DNA of 64,000 nucleotides from an uncultured Azospirillum sp. (GTDB lineage Bacteria; Pseudomonadota; Alphaproteobacteria; RF32; CAG-239): NCBI GenBank assembly GCA_902489795.1, contig CABUBU010000001.1, positions 41,956 to 105,955 of the forward strand, read 5' to 3'. Shown piece by piece: positions 34,302 to 42,876 of this stretch (position 1 is its first letter; each line of letters starts with the position of its first letter). The notes under the pieces were generated by a model. It saw only the letters and a program-made list of their open reading frames with translations, ran no database searches and was not told where the DNA came from. The position numbers and the translations under genes were made by a program.

Positions 34302-35276
34302 ATGAGCACAATCAACGAAATTAACTTTTCCGACATTTACATCACTCCCGACAAAGTCGCTTACATTCCCGACGGCAAAACCGCCAACGGACTGATGAAA
34401 ATCAAAACCGATGACTTCAACTACTTCTACAACAAGGTGGAAAGCAGCTACGACGGCAGCAACCCCAGCTATTCCATCCTCTACAACCAAATCCTTTACC
34501 GTGTGGAACGCAGCATTAGCATCTACGGCATCCAGTACTGCGCCCGCAAGATGCCGCCGGAAGTGCCGGCTTTCAACTCCCTCGGTTTTGCGCCGGAATT
34601 GCGCAAATATCTGTTGAATTTGAGCAACGCCGCCGGGCTGATCCTGTGGTCGGGACCAACCGGCGCCGGCAAGACCACCGCCATTTCCTCGCTGATGAAA
34701 GAATATCTGATCACTGAAGGCGGCTTTGCCTATACCATCGAAGACCCGGCGGAAATGCCGCTTGACGGCAGCTACAACGCCTTAAACGGCAGTCTCGGCC
34801 TGTGCAAACAGACCCAGCCGATTGAGGGCAACTGGGGCGCCTGCCTGAAATCAGCGCTGCGTTCCAAGCCGCGTTTCATCCTGGTAGGAGAAATCCGCAC
34901 CCCGGAAACCGCCAGCGAAGTGCTGCGCGCCTGCACCTCCGGCCACCTGGTCTTGTCAACCATTCACGCCAACAACGTCACCGACGCCATCAACTCGGTC
35001 ATCAAATACGCCTCCTCTTCGGGCATGACCGAAGACCTGGCCTATGACCTGTTCTCCCGCGGCATGCTGGCGGTGATGCACCAGACTTTAAACGGTATCC
35101 GCAAAAAAGTGCCGGCCGTCACCTATTTGTTCGCCAACCCGGACACCACCCAGGGCGACCAGGTTCGCGCCATCATCAAAACCGGCAAGCTCAATCTGGC
35201 CACTTCCATCGATACCCAGCGCAGCCGGTTGTCGCTCGGCAAAGAATTGTTCCCCAACCTGAGGGAAAAAAGCTAG
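34302..35276 (+). CDS. orphan VirB11/PilT/DotB-family secretion ATPase with an atypical N-terminal domain
   Basis: Walker A GPTGAGKTT, Asp box TIEDPAE, Walker B FILVGEIR and His box LVLSTIHAN. 324 aa, with no other secretion genes nearby. Confidence 0.7.
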   Translation: MSTINEINFSDIYITPDKVAYIPDGKTANGLMKIKTDDFNYFYNKVESSYDGSNPSYSILYNQILYRVERSISIYGIQYCARKMPPEVPAFNSLGFAPELRKYLLNLSNAAGLILWSGPTGAGKTTAISSLMKEYLITEGGFAYTIEDPAEMPLDGSYNALNGSLGLCKQTQPIEGNWGACLKSALRSKPRFILVGEIRTPETASEVLRACTSGHLVLSTIHANNVTDAINSVIKYASSSGMTEDLAYDLFSRGMLAVMHQTLNGIRKKVPAVTYLFANPDTTQGDQVRAIIKTGKLNLATSIDTQRSRLSLGKELFPNLREKS

Positions 35277-35404
35277 CCGAATTCCGCCGCACACGCCGCA
35301 GCAGAAAACCAAAAAACATGCCAAACTCAGGATTCTCGCATCTAAGAAGACTACATACCGAACGCATGTTTTTTTAGATGCAAAAAGATCCTCCCTGCCT
35401 GGCC

Positions 35405-35560
35405 GGGGGATCAACATAGATGTCCCCCAGTAAACTGGGGGCTCTATATTAGCTGCAACCCTGACGATTTGATCACCTTCATTGGCATGGAGCAGTGTCT
35501 AACGGCACTAAAACATTCAACCGCCATTAAAATGGGGGTAGTTTGTAAAGCATCAAGACA
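35405..35560. repeat. structured repeat element, copy A (candidate sRNA)
   Basis: About 80% identical to 49832-49972. Hairpins ccccag-taaa-ctgggg and agtgtc-taac-ggcact, plus a conserved ttaaaatggggg...gtaaagcatcaa block. Confidence 0.55.
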
Positions 35561-35565
35561 TGAAT

Positions 35566-35597
35566 AACCCCGGAATTATCCGGGGTTATTCGTTTTT
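35566..35597 (+). terminator. intrinsic terminator immediately 3' of repeat copy A
   Basis: Hairpin aaccccgg-aattat-ccggggtt followed by attcgttttt. Confidence 0.6.
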
Positions 35598-35631
35598 CGA
35601 ACTGCCAAACGCCGCTGCCGGAACAGACTCC

Positions 35632-36168
35632 TCAGCCATGCTCGGCTTTGATCTTGTATATATATTCAATTACGTCCTGACTGTCCCACTCGGCACTGCC
35701 GCGGATTCTTCCTATCTCTTTGCCTTCGCGGCCGATCAGCACCGTCACCGGCGAGGAAAAAATGCCGAACGCCGCCGCCAGATCGCTCTTGTCGTCAACA
35801 TAAGTTTCCAGATCCGGCGCCCCGTACTTGGAAAGCAGCCGGCGCTGTTCGGCAAAACCGCCCTGCCATTCCTCTTTTGGGGAAATCAGAATCACCCGGA
35901 TACCGTCGTTTTTGGTCTGCAGGGCAAACTCGTTTAAGCTTTCCAGTTCGCGAATGCAGGGAACGCAGTAACGCGACCAAAACACCGCCAGCACGAAATC
36001 GCCTTTGAAATCGTCCATCCGCACGCGGTTGCCGGCCTCTCCGTATACCGCCTTCGACGGCACGTCGCGAGCCGTACCGTAAATGTTCACGCCCTTTTCC
36101 GAAGCTTCTGCCGCAATCGCCTGCAAACACAGCGCCGCAGTCAAAAAAAATTGCCAGATTTTTCTCAT
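35632..36168 (-). CDS. TlpA/ResA-like periplasmic thiol:disulfide oxidoreductase
   Basis: Signal peptide and a thioredoxin fold with WSRYCVPC active site. The start at MRKIWQ lies inside the longer track ORF. Confidence 0.75.
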   Translation of the reverse strand: MRKIWQFFLTAALCLQAIAAEASEKGVNIYGTARDVPSKAVYGEAGNRVRMDDFKGDFVLAVFWSRYCVPCIRELESLNEFALQTKNDGIRVILISPKEEWQGGFAEQRRLLSKYGAPDLETYVDDKSDLAAAFGIFSSPVTVLIGREGKEIGRIRGSAEWDSQDVIEYIYKIKAEHG

Positions 36169-36266
36169 TTGCCTATTGATAACTGTATTATATTTTTTGC
36201 CTTGTTTCCGATAGAGTAATAATATATAAACATTAATACACAAATAGACAAGTAAAAGGTGAAAAT

Positions 36267-36398
36267 ATGAATAAGGAATCGTTGTTTCTGTGGCTTTTCC
36301 TGATTGCCGCCGGGCTTTCACTTGCCGGCTGCGGCAAAGTTTCCAGTCCGGTGCCGCCGGAAGGCAGCGCCTATCCCCATGCTTACCCGCGGAAATAA
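36267..36398 (+). CDS. 43-aa lipoprotein (not in the ORF track, which omits ORFs under 60 aa)
   Basis: RBS aaggtg. MNKESLFLWLFLIAAGLSLAGC with a lipobox, then a Pro-rich tail. Sits 24 nt upstream of the vWA gene. Confidence 0.5.
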   Translation: MNKESLFLWLFLIAAGLSLAGCGKVSSPVPPEGSAYPHAYPRK

Positions 36399-36422
36399 CC
36401 CCAGCAGACAAGGAACATCAAA

Positions 36423-37109
36423 ATGGCAGAAAACAACTTCGTAGACGACATGATTCCCTATGTGGAATTTGCCGACAACGCCAATGAACGCACCCCCTGC
36501 GTTTTGGTGCTGGACTGTTCCGGCTCCATGCGCGGAGAACCAATCAAGCAGTTAAACGTCGGCTTGAAAGCGCTGGAAAAGGAACTGAAAGAAGACATTG
36601 ACGCCAGCTCAAGGGTGCAGCTCCTGATTATCAAAGCTTTCGGCAAAGACGAAACCGAAGTTTCCGCCGACTGGATCGACGCCATGAACTTCACCGCGCC
36701 TGAAATGGCCGCCGGCGGCCTTACCCCGCTTGGCAAGGCGATGGAACTGGCGCTGCAGAAAATCGAAGAGCAGAAATGTCTTTACGACAGTTGCGGCATC
36801 ACTTCCAAACGGCCGTGGATATTCCTCATCAGCGACGGCGAACCGACCGATTACGACTGGGAAAGCGTCGCCCGCAAATGCTGCCGGGCACAGGAAAACA
36901 AAAAAGTGGTCATTCACGCCGTCGGCACCGAAGGCGCCAACCTGGAAAAACTGGCGCGCTTTTCGCTCAACTCGCCCAAACGCCTCACCGGGCTGAAATT
37001 TACCGAATTTTTCCTCTGGCTCAGCCGCAGCGTTTCCTGCATATCCAAAGCGGCGCCGAACGCCGGAGACCTGTTTGAAGACACGGGAAACTGGGATGAA
37101 GAAAACTAA
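36423..37109 (+). CDS. von Willebrand factor A (TerY-like) domain protein
   Basis: MIDAS motifs VLVLDCSGSM, ..TPLGKAM.. and ISDGEPTD. Cytoplasmic, with no signal peptide. Confidence 0.85.
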   Translation: MAENNFVDDMIPYVEFADNANERTPCVLVLDCSGSMRGEPIKQLNVGLKALEKELKEDIDASSRVQLLIIKAFGKDETEVSADWIDAMNFTAPEMAAGGLTPLGKAMELALQKIEEQKCLYDSCGITSKRPWIFLISDGEPTDYDWESVARKCCRAQENKKVVIHAVGTEGANLEKLARFSLNSPKRLTGLKFTEFFLWLSRSVSCISKAAPNAGDLFEDTGNWDEEN

Positions 37110-37848
37110 AGCCGCCAACATCAAAGTGCGCGCCGCCTGCATCACCGGACCGGTGCACCTCGGCCGCGGCCAGCTCTGCCAGGACCGCTGCCGCTGGTCC
37201 ACCCGCGGCGCCAACTTCGTCGCTGTCGTTTCCGACGGCGCCGGTTCCACCAAATACGGCCGCATCGGCGCCAAAATCGTCTGCGACACGCTGGTCGACC
37301 TGCTGGAAAACGCCCCGTTTAAGGACATCCGCGCTGCCATCGTCAAAGCCATCGGCGTCGCCCGCGACAAGCTCGCCTTCCACCGGCTCAATTCCGCCAA
37401 CAACAAAAAAGGTATCATGGCTTTTGCCGCCACTGTGGTCGGTGTCGTCTGCCACAAGGGCGAAGGGCTGTTTTTCCACATCGGCGACGGCGCGGCGCTG
37501 GCTTTCACCTCGTCCGACCTCTCCAGCTATGTCGCTTCCAAGCCGGAAAACGGGGTCTTTGCCTGCGAAACCTATTTCTATACCATGGACGACTGGCAGG
37601 AAAGCCTGCGTTTTACCGCCTTTAAGGAAGCGCACACGGTAATGCTGATGTCCGACGGACTGACCAACTTTTCCTTTGCCCCCGACTTCAGCCGGATTGA
37701 ACCGAATTTTCTGCTGCCGATCAACGATTTTCTCAACCGGGAAAAGCAACAGGTCCGCGCCGTCCGCGCCCTGACCAACACCCTCAACACCACCCGGGCC
37801 AAACGGTTGAACCCCGACGACAAAACCTTTTTGTGGGCAAAACTGTAA
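37096..37848 (+). CDS. PP2C-family Ser/Thr phosphatase
   Basis: Motifs VVSDGAGS, HIGDGAAL and LMSDGL. Overlaps the vWA 3' end by 14 nt. Confidence 0.8.
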   Translation: MKKTKAANIKVRAACITGPVHLGRGQLCQDRCRWSTRGANFVAVVSDGAGSTKYGRIGAKIVCDTLVDLLENAPFKDIRAAIVKAIGVARDKLAFHRLNSANNKKGIMAFAATVVGVVCHKGEGLFFHIGDGAALAFTSSDLSSYVASKPENGVFACETYFYTMDDWQESLRFTAFKEAHTVMLMSDGLTNFSFAPDFSRIEPNFLLPINDFLNREKQQVRAVRALTNTLNTTRAKRLNPDDKTFLWAKL

Positions 37849-39326
37849 TGGAAGAAACCGCGCAGACATACAATGCCATTTACGGCGACCGCACCTGGGA
37901 GCAGATCACACTCGGCGAAATGATCAACAAGGGCGGCGCTGCCGGCCGCATTTTCCGGGTTAAAGGACACCCGCAGCTGGTGGCCAAAATTTTTCACAAC
38001 CTGAACAAAAGCAGCGCCAACCGGGAAAAGCTGCAGGCCATGCTGCTCAACCGGCCGAGTTTTTCGCCGGCAATGAAAGACGGCAAACGGTTCACCATGG
38101 AAGACGGCAACAACTATATCCAGATCGCCTGGCCGGAAGCGCTGCTGGAAAACGAATACGGTTTCTGCGTCGGCTATCTGATGCCGCTGATCGACTTAAG
38201 CCAGGCCGCTTCGCTTGACCACTTCATGCAAAAGGCCATCCGCCAGAAGCTGAAACTGACGGAAAAGTACGAACACCGCCTGCAGGCGGCTTACAACCTC
38301 TGCACCATGGTGGCAGCACTGCACGAAAAAGGCCACTACATCGTCGACCTCAAACCTTCCAACGTATATGTTTACAAACAAAGCATGCTGATCGCCATCC
38401 TCGACTGCGACGGCTTTTCCATCCGCGGCGAAAACGGCCGCTATCCGGCCGAGTTCGTCAGCGAGGAATACATCTACCCGGAAGGCATGAAACAAAACTG
38501 CGACCAAATGGGCGAGGAACAGGACAAATTTGCCCTGGCGGTCATTTTGTTCAAGCTCTTAAACAACGGTATTCACCCTTATTCCGGAGTGCCGCGCAAA
38601 CAGGGTGTTCCCAACCTCACCATTCAGGAGCGGATCGCCGCCCATCATTATGCCTACGGTTCCTGGGCGGACCTGTATCAGGCGCCGCACCCTTACAGCA
38701 TTCACGACTACTTTGCCAAAGACACGCTGGAACTTTTCGACCGCGCCTTCGTCAAAGGAATGAAACGGCCGAGCGCGGCGGAATGGGAGCGCCATCTGCG
38801 CAACCTGCTGCAAAACCTGCGTCCCTGCAAAAAAAATCCCGACCATGCTTATTTTACTTCCAAAGGCTGCGGCCTCTGCCTGATGGAGGAAAAGTTCAAA
38901 TCCGACATGCGCGAACGCCGGGCGCAGCTGCAAACGCCCAAAACCGTGCGCGGACTGGAAATAGAAAACATGACGCCGGAAAAAATGGAAGCGGAAAAAC
39001 AGCTGCGGCATCAAAAGCTGATCCGCGCCAACCACATTACCGCCGCCGCGGTCGCCGTCTATCTGGTCTTTTTCGGCATGCTGCATTTTATGTTTGCCCC
39101 CTTGGCCGAAACGCTGACAAAAGCGGGGATCGGCCTGCAGATGATCGGCATTATTCTGATCATGAGCGGCATCCACAAAATTTTTAAGAAGATCCGCCCG
39201 AAAGTCCCTCTTTTCCGCTACGATCTGCTGCCGCTGATGCTGGAGATCTACGCCTTCATCTGCATGCTGGTTACGCTGATCGCTATCAATCGTCTGCCAC
39301 TTGAAATCCTCGCTCTGGCGCCTTAA
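37848..39326 (+). CDS. membrane-anchored eukaryotic-like Ser/Thr protein kinase
   Basis: Kinase motifs GGAAGRIFRV, ..VAKIF.., HYIVDLKPSNVYV and the DFG variant ILDCDGF. 2-3 C-terminal TM helices. Start ATG overlaps the phosphatase stop (TAATG). Confidence 0.8.
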   Translation: MEETAQTYNAIYGDRTWEQITLGEMINKGGAAGRIFRVKGHPQLVAKIFHNLNKSSANREKLQAMLLNRPSFSPAMKDGKRFTMEDGNNYIQIAWPEALLENEYGFCVGYLMPLIDLSQAASLDHFMQKAIRQKLKLTEKYEHRLQAAYNLCTMVAALHEKGHYIVDLKPSNVYVYKQSMLIAILDCDGFSIRGENGRYPAEFVSEEYIYPEGMKQNCDQMGEEQDKFALAVILFKLLNNGIHPYSGVPRKQGVPNLTIQERIAAHHYAYGSWADLYQAPHPYSIHDYFAKDTLELFDRAFVKGMKRPSAAEWERHLRNLLQNLRPCKKNPDHAYFTSKGCGLCLMEEKFKSDMRERRAQLQTPKTVRGLEIENMTPEKMEAEKQLRHQKLIRANHITAAAVAVYLVFFGMLHFMFAPLAETLTKAGIGLQMIGIILIMSGIHKIFKKIRPKVPLFRYDLLPLMLEIYAFICMLVTLIAINRLPLEILALAP

Positions 39327-39351
39327 ATTTTTACTATGAAAAAAAATTTTT

Positions 39352-40797
39352 TTGTGGTATAAGCGTTCTAATAAAAAATACTATGAAAGGTTTATCAACT
39401 TGAAAAGCTTAAATCCCATTCTCATTTCCGGTAAAGAAGTTCTGCCATTGATTGAAGGCGGCAAAGGCATTAACGGCAGCGACGGCCGTAGCAGCGGCGC
39501 CTGGGCGCATGAAAACTGCGTCGGTACCTTTTCCGGCGTCAGCCCGGATTTTTACGATGATAAAGGCAACGTTATCATTGAAAAGTTTTTTAAAAAATCA
39601 CGTCCCGAACGTCATGAAGAAATGGTAGAAAGAGCCATTAAAGGAGGCGTTGCCCAAGCTCAGGTTGCACATGAAATCTCTGGCGGCAACGGTCGCATTC
39701 ACATGAATATGCTGTGGGAAATGGCAGATTCGCAGCGCATTCTTGAAGGCGTGCTGGAAAAAGCCAAAGGCCTGATCAACGGCATTACCTGCGGCGCCGG
39801 CATGCCCTACCATCTCGGCGCGCTGGCTTCAAAATTCGGCGTCTACTATTACCCGATCGTTTCTTCCGCCCGCGCCTTCAACATCTTATGGAAACGCGCC
39901 TATTCCAATTTTACCGAATTTCTGGGCGGCGTGGTTTACGAAGACCCGTGGCTGGCGGGCGGACACAACGGCCTCTCCAACGCCGAGAACCCGGATAAAC
40001 CGGAAACACCTTATAACCGTGTCGCCGAACTGCGGCGGCTGATGAACGGCTACGGCCTGACGGAAACGCCGATCATTCTGGCCGGCGGCATTTGGTCGCT
40101 GAAAGACTGGGAAGACTACATCGACAACCCGGAAATCGGCAAAATCGCCTTCCAGTTCGGCACTCGGCCGATGATCACCAAGGAAAGCCCGATCAGCGAA
40201 GCCTGGAAAAAGGTGATGCTGCACGTCAAAAAAGGCGACGTCATTTTGCAGCGTTTCAGCCCTACCGGTTTCTTCTCCTCGGCCATCAAAAACACTTTTC
40301 TGGCCAAGCTGATCGATCGCAAAAACGGCGAAATCGCTTTCAAAACGGAAGCCGACGCGGAATTTTCCCAGCCGCTGAAAATAAGTGACCACAAAACCGT
40401 ATTCATCAAGCCTGACGATATGACCAAAGCCAACAACCAGATCAATGCCGGACTGACGTCGATCAAGGAAACGCCGGATCAGACCGTTGTTTTCATGACC
40501 CCGGAAGACTGGGAACAAATGAAGGAAGACCGCAAAAACTGCGTCGGCTGCCTTTCCCAATGCCAGTTCTCCACCTGGTCGGCCGTCAGCCCCACCGGTT
40601 CGACCGGCCGTATCCCCGATCCGCGCACCTATTGCATCCATAAGACGCTGTACGAAGTCGGGCACGGCGGCAGTGTCAGGGATCATCTGCTGTTTGCCGG
40701 TCATCAGGTTTACCGCTTTGCAACAGATCCGCTTTACCGCAACGGCTGCATTCCGTCGGTTAAGGAATTGATTGAAAAAATCAAACGCGGCGAATAA
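39352..40797 (+). CDS. NMO/NPD-family (FMN-dependent TIM-barrel, nitronate monooxygenase-like) oxidoreductase with a Cys-rich C-terminal extension
   Basis: LPLIEGGKGI.., ..AWAHENCVGTFSG.. and ..ILAGGIWS.. match the PF03060 pattern. The extra 150 aa carry CVGCLSQC. Start is uncertain (a TTG near 39397 is possible). Confidence 0.55.
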   Translation: MWYKRSNKKYYERFINLKSLNPILISGKEVLPLIEGGKGINGSDGRSSGAWAHENCVGTFSGVSPDFYDDKGNVIIEKFFKKSRPERHEEMVERAIKGGVAQAQVAHEISGGNGRIHMNMLWEMADSQRILEGVLEKAKGLINGITCGAGMPYHLGALASKFGVYYYPIVSSARAFNILWKRAYSNFTEFLGGVVYEDPWLAGGHNGLSNAENPDKPETPYNRVAELRRLMNGYGLTETPIILAGGIWSLKDWEDYIDNPEIGKIAFQFGTRPMITKESPISEAWKKVMLHVKKGDVILQRFSPTGFFSSAIKNTFLAKLIDRKNGEIAFKTEADAEFSQPLKISDHKTVFIKPDDMTKANNQINAGLTSIKETPDQTVVFMTPEDWEQMKEDRKNCVGCLSQCQFSTWSAVSPTGSTGRIPDPRTYCIHKTLYEVGHGGSVRDHLLFAGHQVYRFATDPLYRNGCIPSVKELIEKIKRGE

Positions 40798-40808
40798 GAC
40801 AAATAAAA

Positions 40809-40841
40809 CGAACCCCGGAATTTTTCCGGGGTTCGTTTTTG
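40809..40841 (+). terminator. intrinsic terminator ending the vWA-PP2C-kinase-NMO transcription unit
   Basis: Hairpin cgaaccccgg-aattttt-ccggggttcg followed by T5. Confidence 0.75.
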
Positions 40842-41072
40842 CCTTGCGCGCTTATTTCTTCCGCCACCACAAAAAAACAAGCCTTTCCAGATTCGTCCGG
40901 CACATTCCCGGACAAAACAAGCCGAAAAAAAACACACTGGCACTGTGACGAGCGGATCGCATCGCCGGTTAAACACCTCACCGGCACGCAGTTTTTACAC
41001 CGGATCCTTTGCAAGACATGACGGCAAATAACACCGGCAGCTTTATTTGCCCAGACAAACGGATTGCATCGG

Positions 41073-41597
41073 CTAGAAAGAACGCCCGCCCGAAAGCCAG
41101 TCGTCTGTTTTCTGAGTTTCCCGTACCGACGGCCTCTTTTGCGGCTTTTCGTCAGACAGACATTCGTCTTCCTCCATCCACACGAAACAACCTTCCCGGC
41201 ATTTTTGCAAATCGGCGTCCCAAACGTAACGATGGGAAGAACAGATGATTTGCGCCCGTACCGTTTCCATATGGGAAGAATAGGCGAAAGAAAGAAAAAT
41301 CACCGCACAGACGGCAAGAGCAACATAACTTTTTCTGCTCAGTCCGACGACTGTCCAAATAACCAGATAAACCAAAATCACCGCCATCATGACGACATAA
41401 AGCCACTCGGCCCAATAAGCCAGCTCTTCGCTGCCGGCTATCGGAAAACGACGCATTTTCCAACCGACCAGCGACCATTCGCCGATTGCCATCACAATAA
41501 GCAGGGCCGTAAACAAAAACTTAAAGCCGAACCAAAGTACCGACAGCAGCATACGCCCCCAAAACCGCGGATTTTTGTATCGTTCGTCAATCGCCAT
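41073..41597 (-). CDS. hypothetical polytopic membrane protein
   Basis: 174 aa with 4 TM helices and a Cys-containing C-terminal tail; no recognisable family. Confidence 0.4.
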   Translation of the reverse strand: MAIDERYKNPRFWGRMLLSVLWFGFKFLFTALLIVMAIGEWSLVGWKMRRFPIAGSEELAYWAEWLYVVMMAVILVYLVIWTVVGLSRKSYVALAVCAVIFLSFAYSSHMETVRAQIICSSHRYVWDADLQKCREGCFVWMEEDECLSDEKPQKRPSVRETQKTDDWLSGGRSF

Positions 41598-41644
41598 TTT
41601 TTCTCTTTCCCAACCAAGTTTTCATTAAACAACCGATAAAAAAA

Positions 41645-42333
41645 CTATTTATAATATTCGCGAGGATTGCGCGGACAACTCTCCCATAGCGTTTTTCCTG
41701 TTTCCGCTCCCCTTTTTCCTCGTAAATTGGCTGCCATATCATCTGATGCATCCTGCAAATCCGCATCTGGCCCCAAAGCCTGAAATCTTTCTCTGTTTCG
41801 GCTTAAATTTATAGCCAACTTACCTTCCGGCATACCTCTTTTCGCCGCTTCATAATTGGCTGCACAATGAAAGAATTTATCCGCTCCTATTAATCCTGTT
41901 TCATATGCCATGCCTAAATTTCTTCCTAAATCCTGAAATACATTATATCCCTGGTAAATATTTTTCCAAAAAGGATTTATTTTTCCAAGTAAATTTTTTA
42001 TAATATTGTATTTAAAATAATCGGGCTCTTCATAATTGGCTGCCAAATAATTATTTAAAGCAACTTCTGTTTCCTTTCCCCAATTTTCCGGAATACTTGA
42101 TTTTAACGTCCTGTATTCACCAGTTTCCATTTTAGCACTAAAATCAGGCACGGAAAGCGGATAAGTAATACGCCTATAATCAAACCAAGGAATATTTTTT
42201 CCTCAATCAATTCTTCATTTTTATCATCATAACGATAATAAACATTCTCTTCAATACCTGTCTGCGGATTTTTCCTTTTTATCGGTATTTGACCATTAAA
42301 TACAGCTTCTAAATAATTTCTAATATCTCCCAT
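41645..42333 (-). pseudogene. split serum-amyloid-A (SAA)-domain gene: N-domain ORF 42103-42333 and SAA-like ORF 41645-42151 in different frames, shift at the T6/A6 run 42195-42200
   Basis: The C-part carries IGADKFFHCAANYEAAKRG...RERFQALGPDADLQDASDDMAANLRGKRG, matching SAA (IGSDKYFHARGNYDAAKRG...[27 protein letters not shown]). One extra A in the homopolymer would fuse the two ORFs. Confidence 0.55.
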
Positions 42334-42441
42334 ATAACCAGCCTTTCAAAAAATTCATAATTACATTATATGTAATATAATTATACTATAAATGTAATTT
42401 TATCAATAAAAAAATAATCTACTTATAAATTACAATTAAAA

Positions 42442-42504
42442 GATTTTTCCCGCACAGTGTACTCAGACGTACATAAGCGGGAAAAATATCCGTAAAATCT
42501 GTAT
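42442..42504. repeat. 63-bp palindrome-containing direct repeat, copy R1
   Basis: atttttcccgcacagtgtactcagacgtacataagcgggaaaaatatccgtaaaatctgtat, with inner inverted repeat tttttcccgc / gcgggaaaaa. Confidence 0.7.
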
Positions 42505-42585
42505 CGTACGCATACCCTTAAAAGCCGGAGAACGAGGCGGACAGAGCGGTTTGGAAAGCGAGCAAGATTCTAATAATCGCTAAAC

Positions 42586-42613
42586 AAAAAGGCAACTCAA
42601 CGTTGCCTTTTTG
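42586..42613. terminator. bidirectional intrinsic terminator between R1 and R2
   Basis: aaaaaggcaac-tcaac-gttgccttttt, with A5 and T5 on the two sides. Confidence 0.65.
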
Positions 42614-42792
42614 TCTGCAAGATCTTGGTACATCTTATTGAGCAAAGACTGTGGCAGCAGTCTCTGCAAAATTAGATGCCCAAGAAAAAGAAGTACATGA
42701 ATTTTGCGAGACTGAACCAGACGCTCCAGGCGCCCGTTATACAGCCTTTGCCGTAAAGTTCGTTATATGAGGCGGATAATAAGATTTAAGGA

Positions 42793-42855
42793 ATTTTTCC
42801 CGCGCGGTGTACTTTAGATGTACATAAGCGGGAAAAATATCCGTAAAATCTGTAT
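42793..42855. repeat. direct repeat copy R2 (about 93% identical to R1, 351 bp apart)
   Basis: atttttcccgcgcggtgtactttagatgtacataagcgggaaaaatatccgtaaaatctgtat. Confidence 0.7.
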
Positions 42856-42876
42856 TAGACGACCATAGAACGAAGT

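Noticed and set aside
42442-42855. Possible CRISPR array
   Set aside because: There are only two repeat copies, the spacing is about 290 bp rather than 30-40 bp, each repeat has an internal palindrome, and there are no cas genes nearby. It is reported as a direct-repeat element instead.
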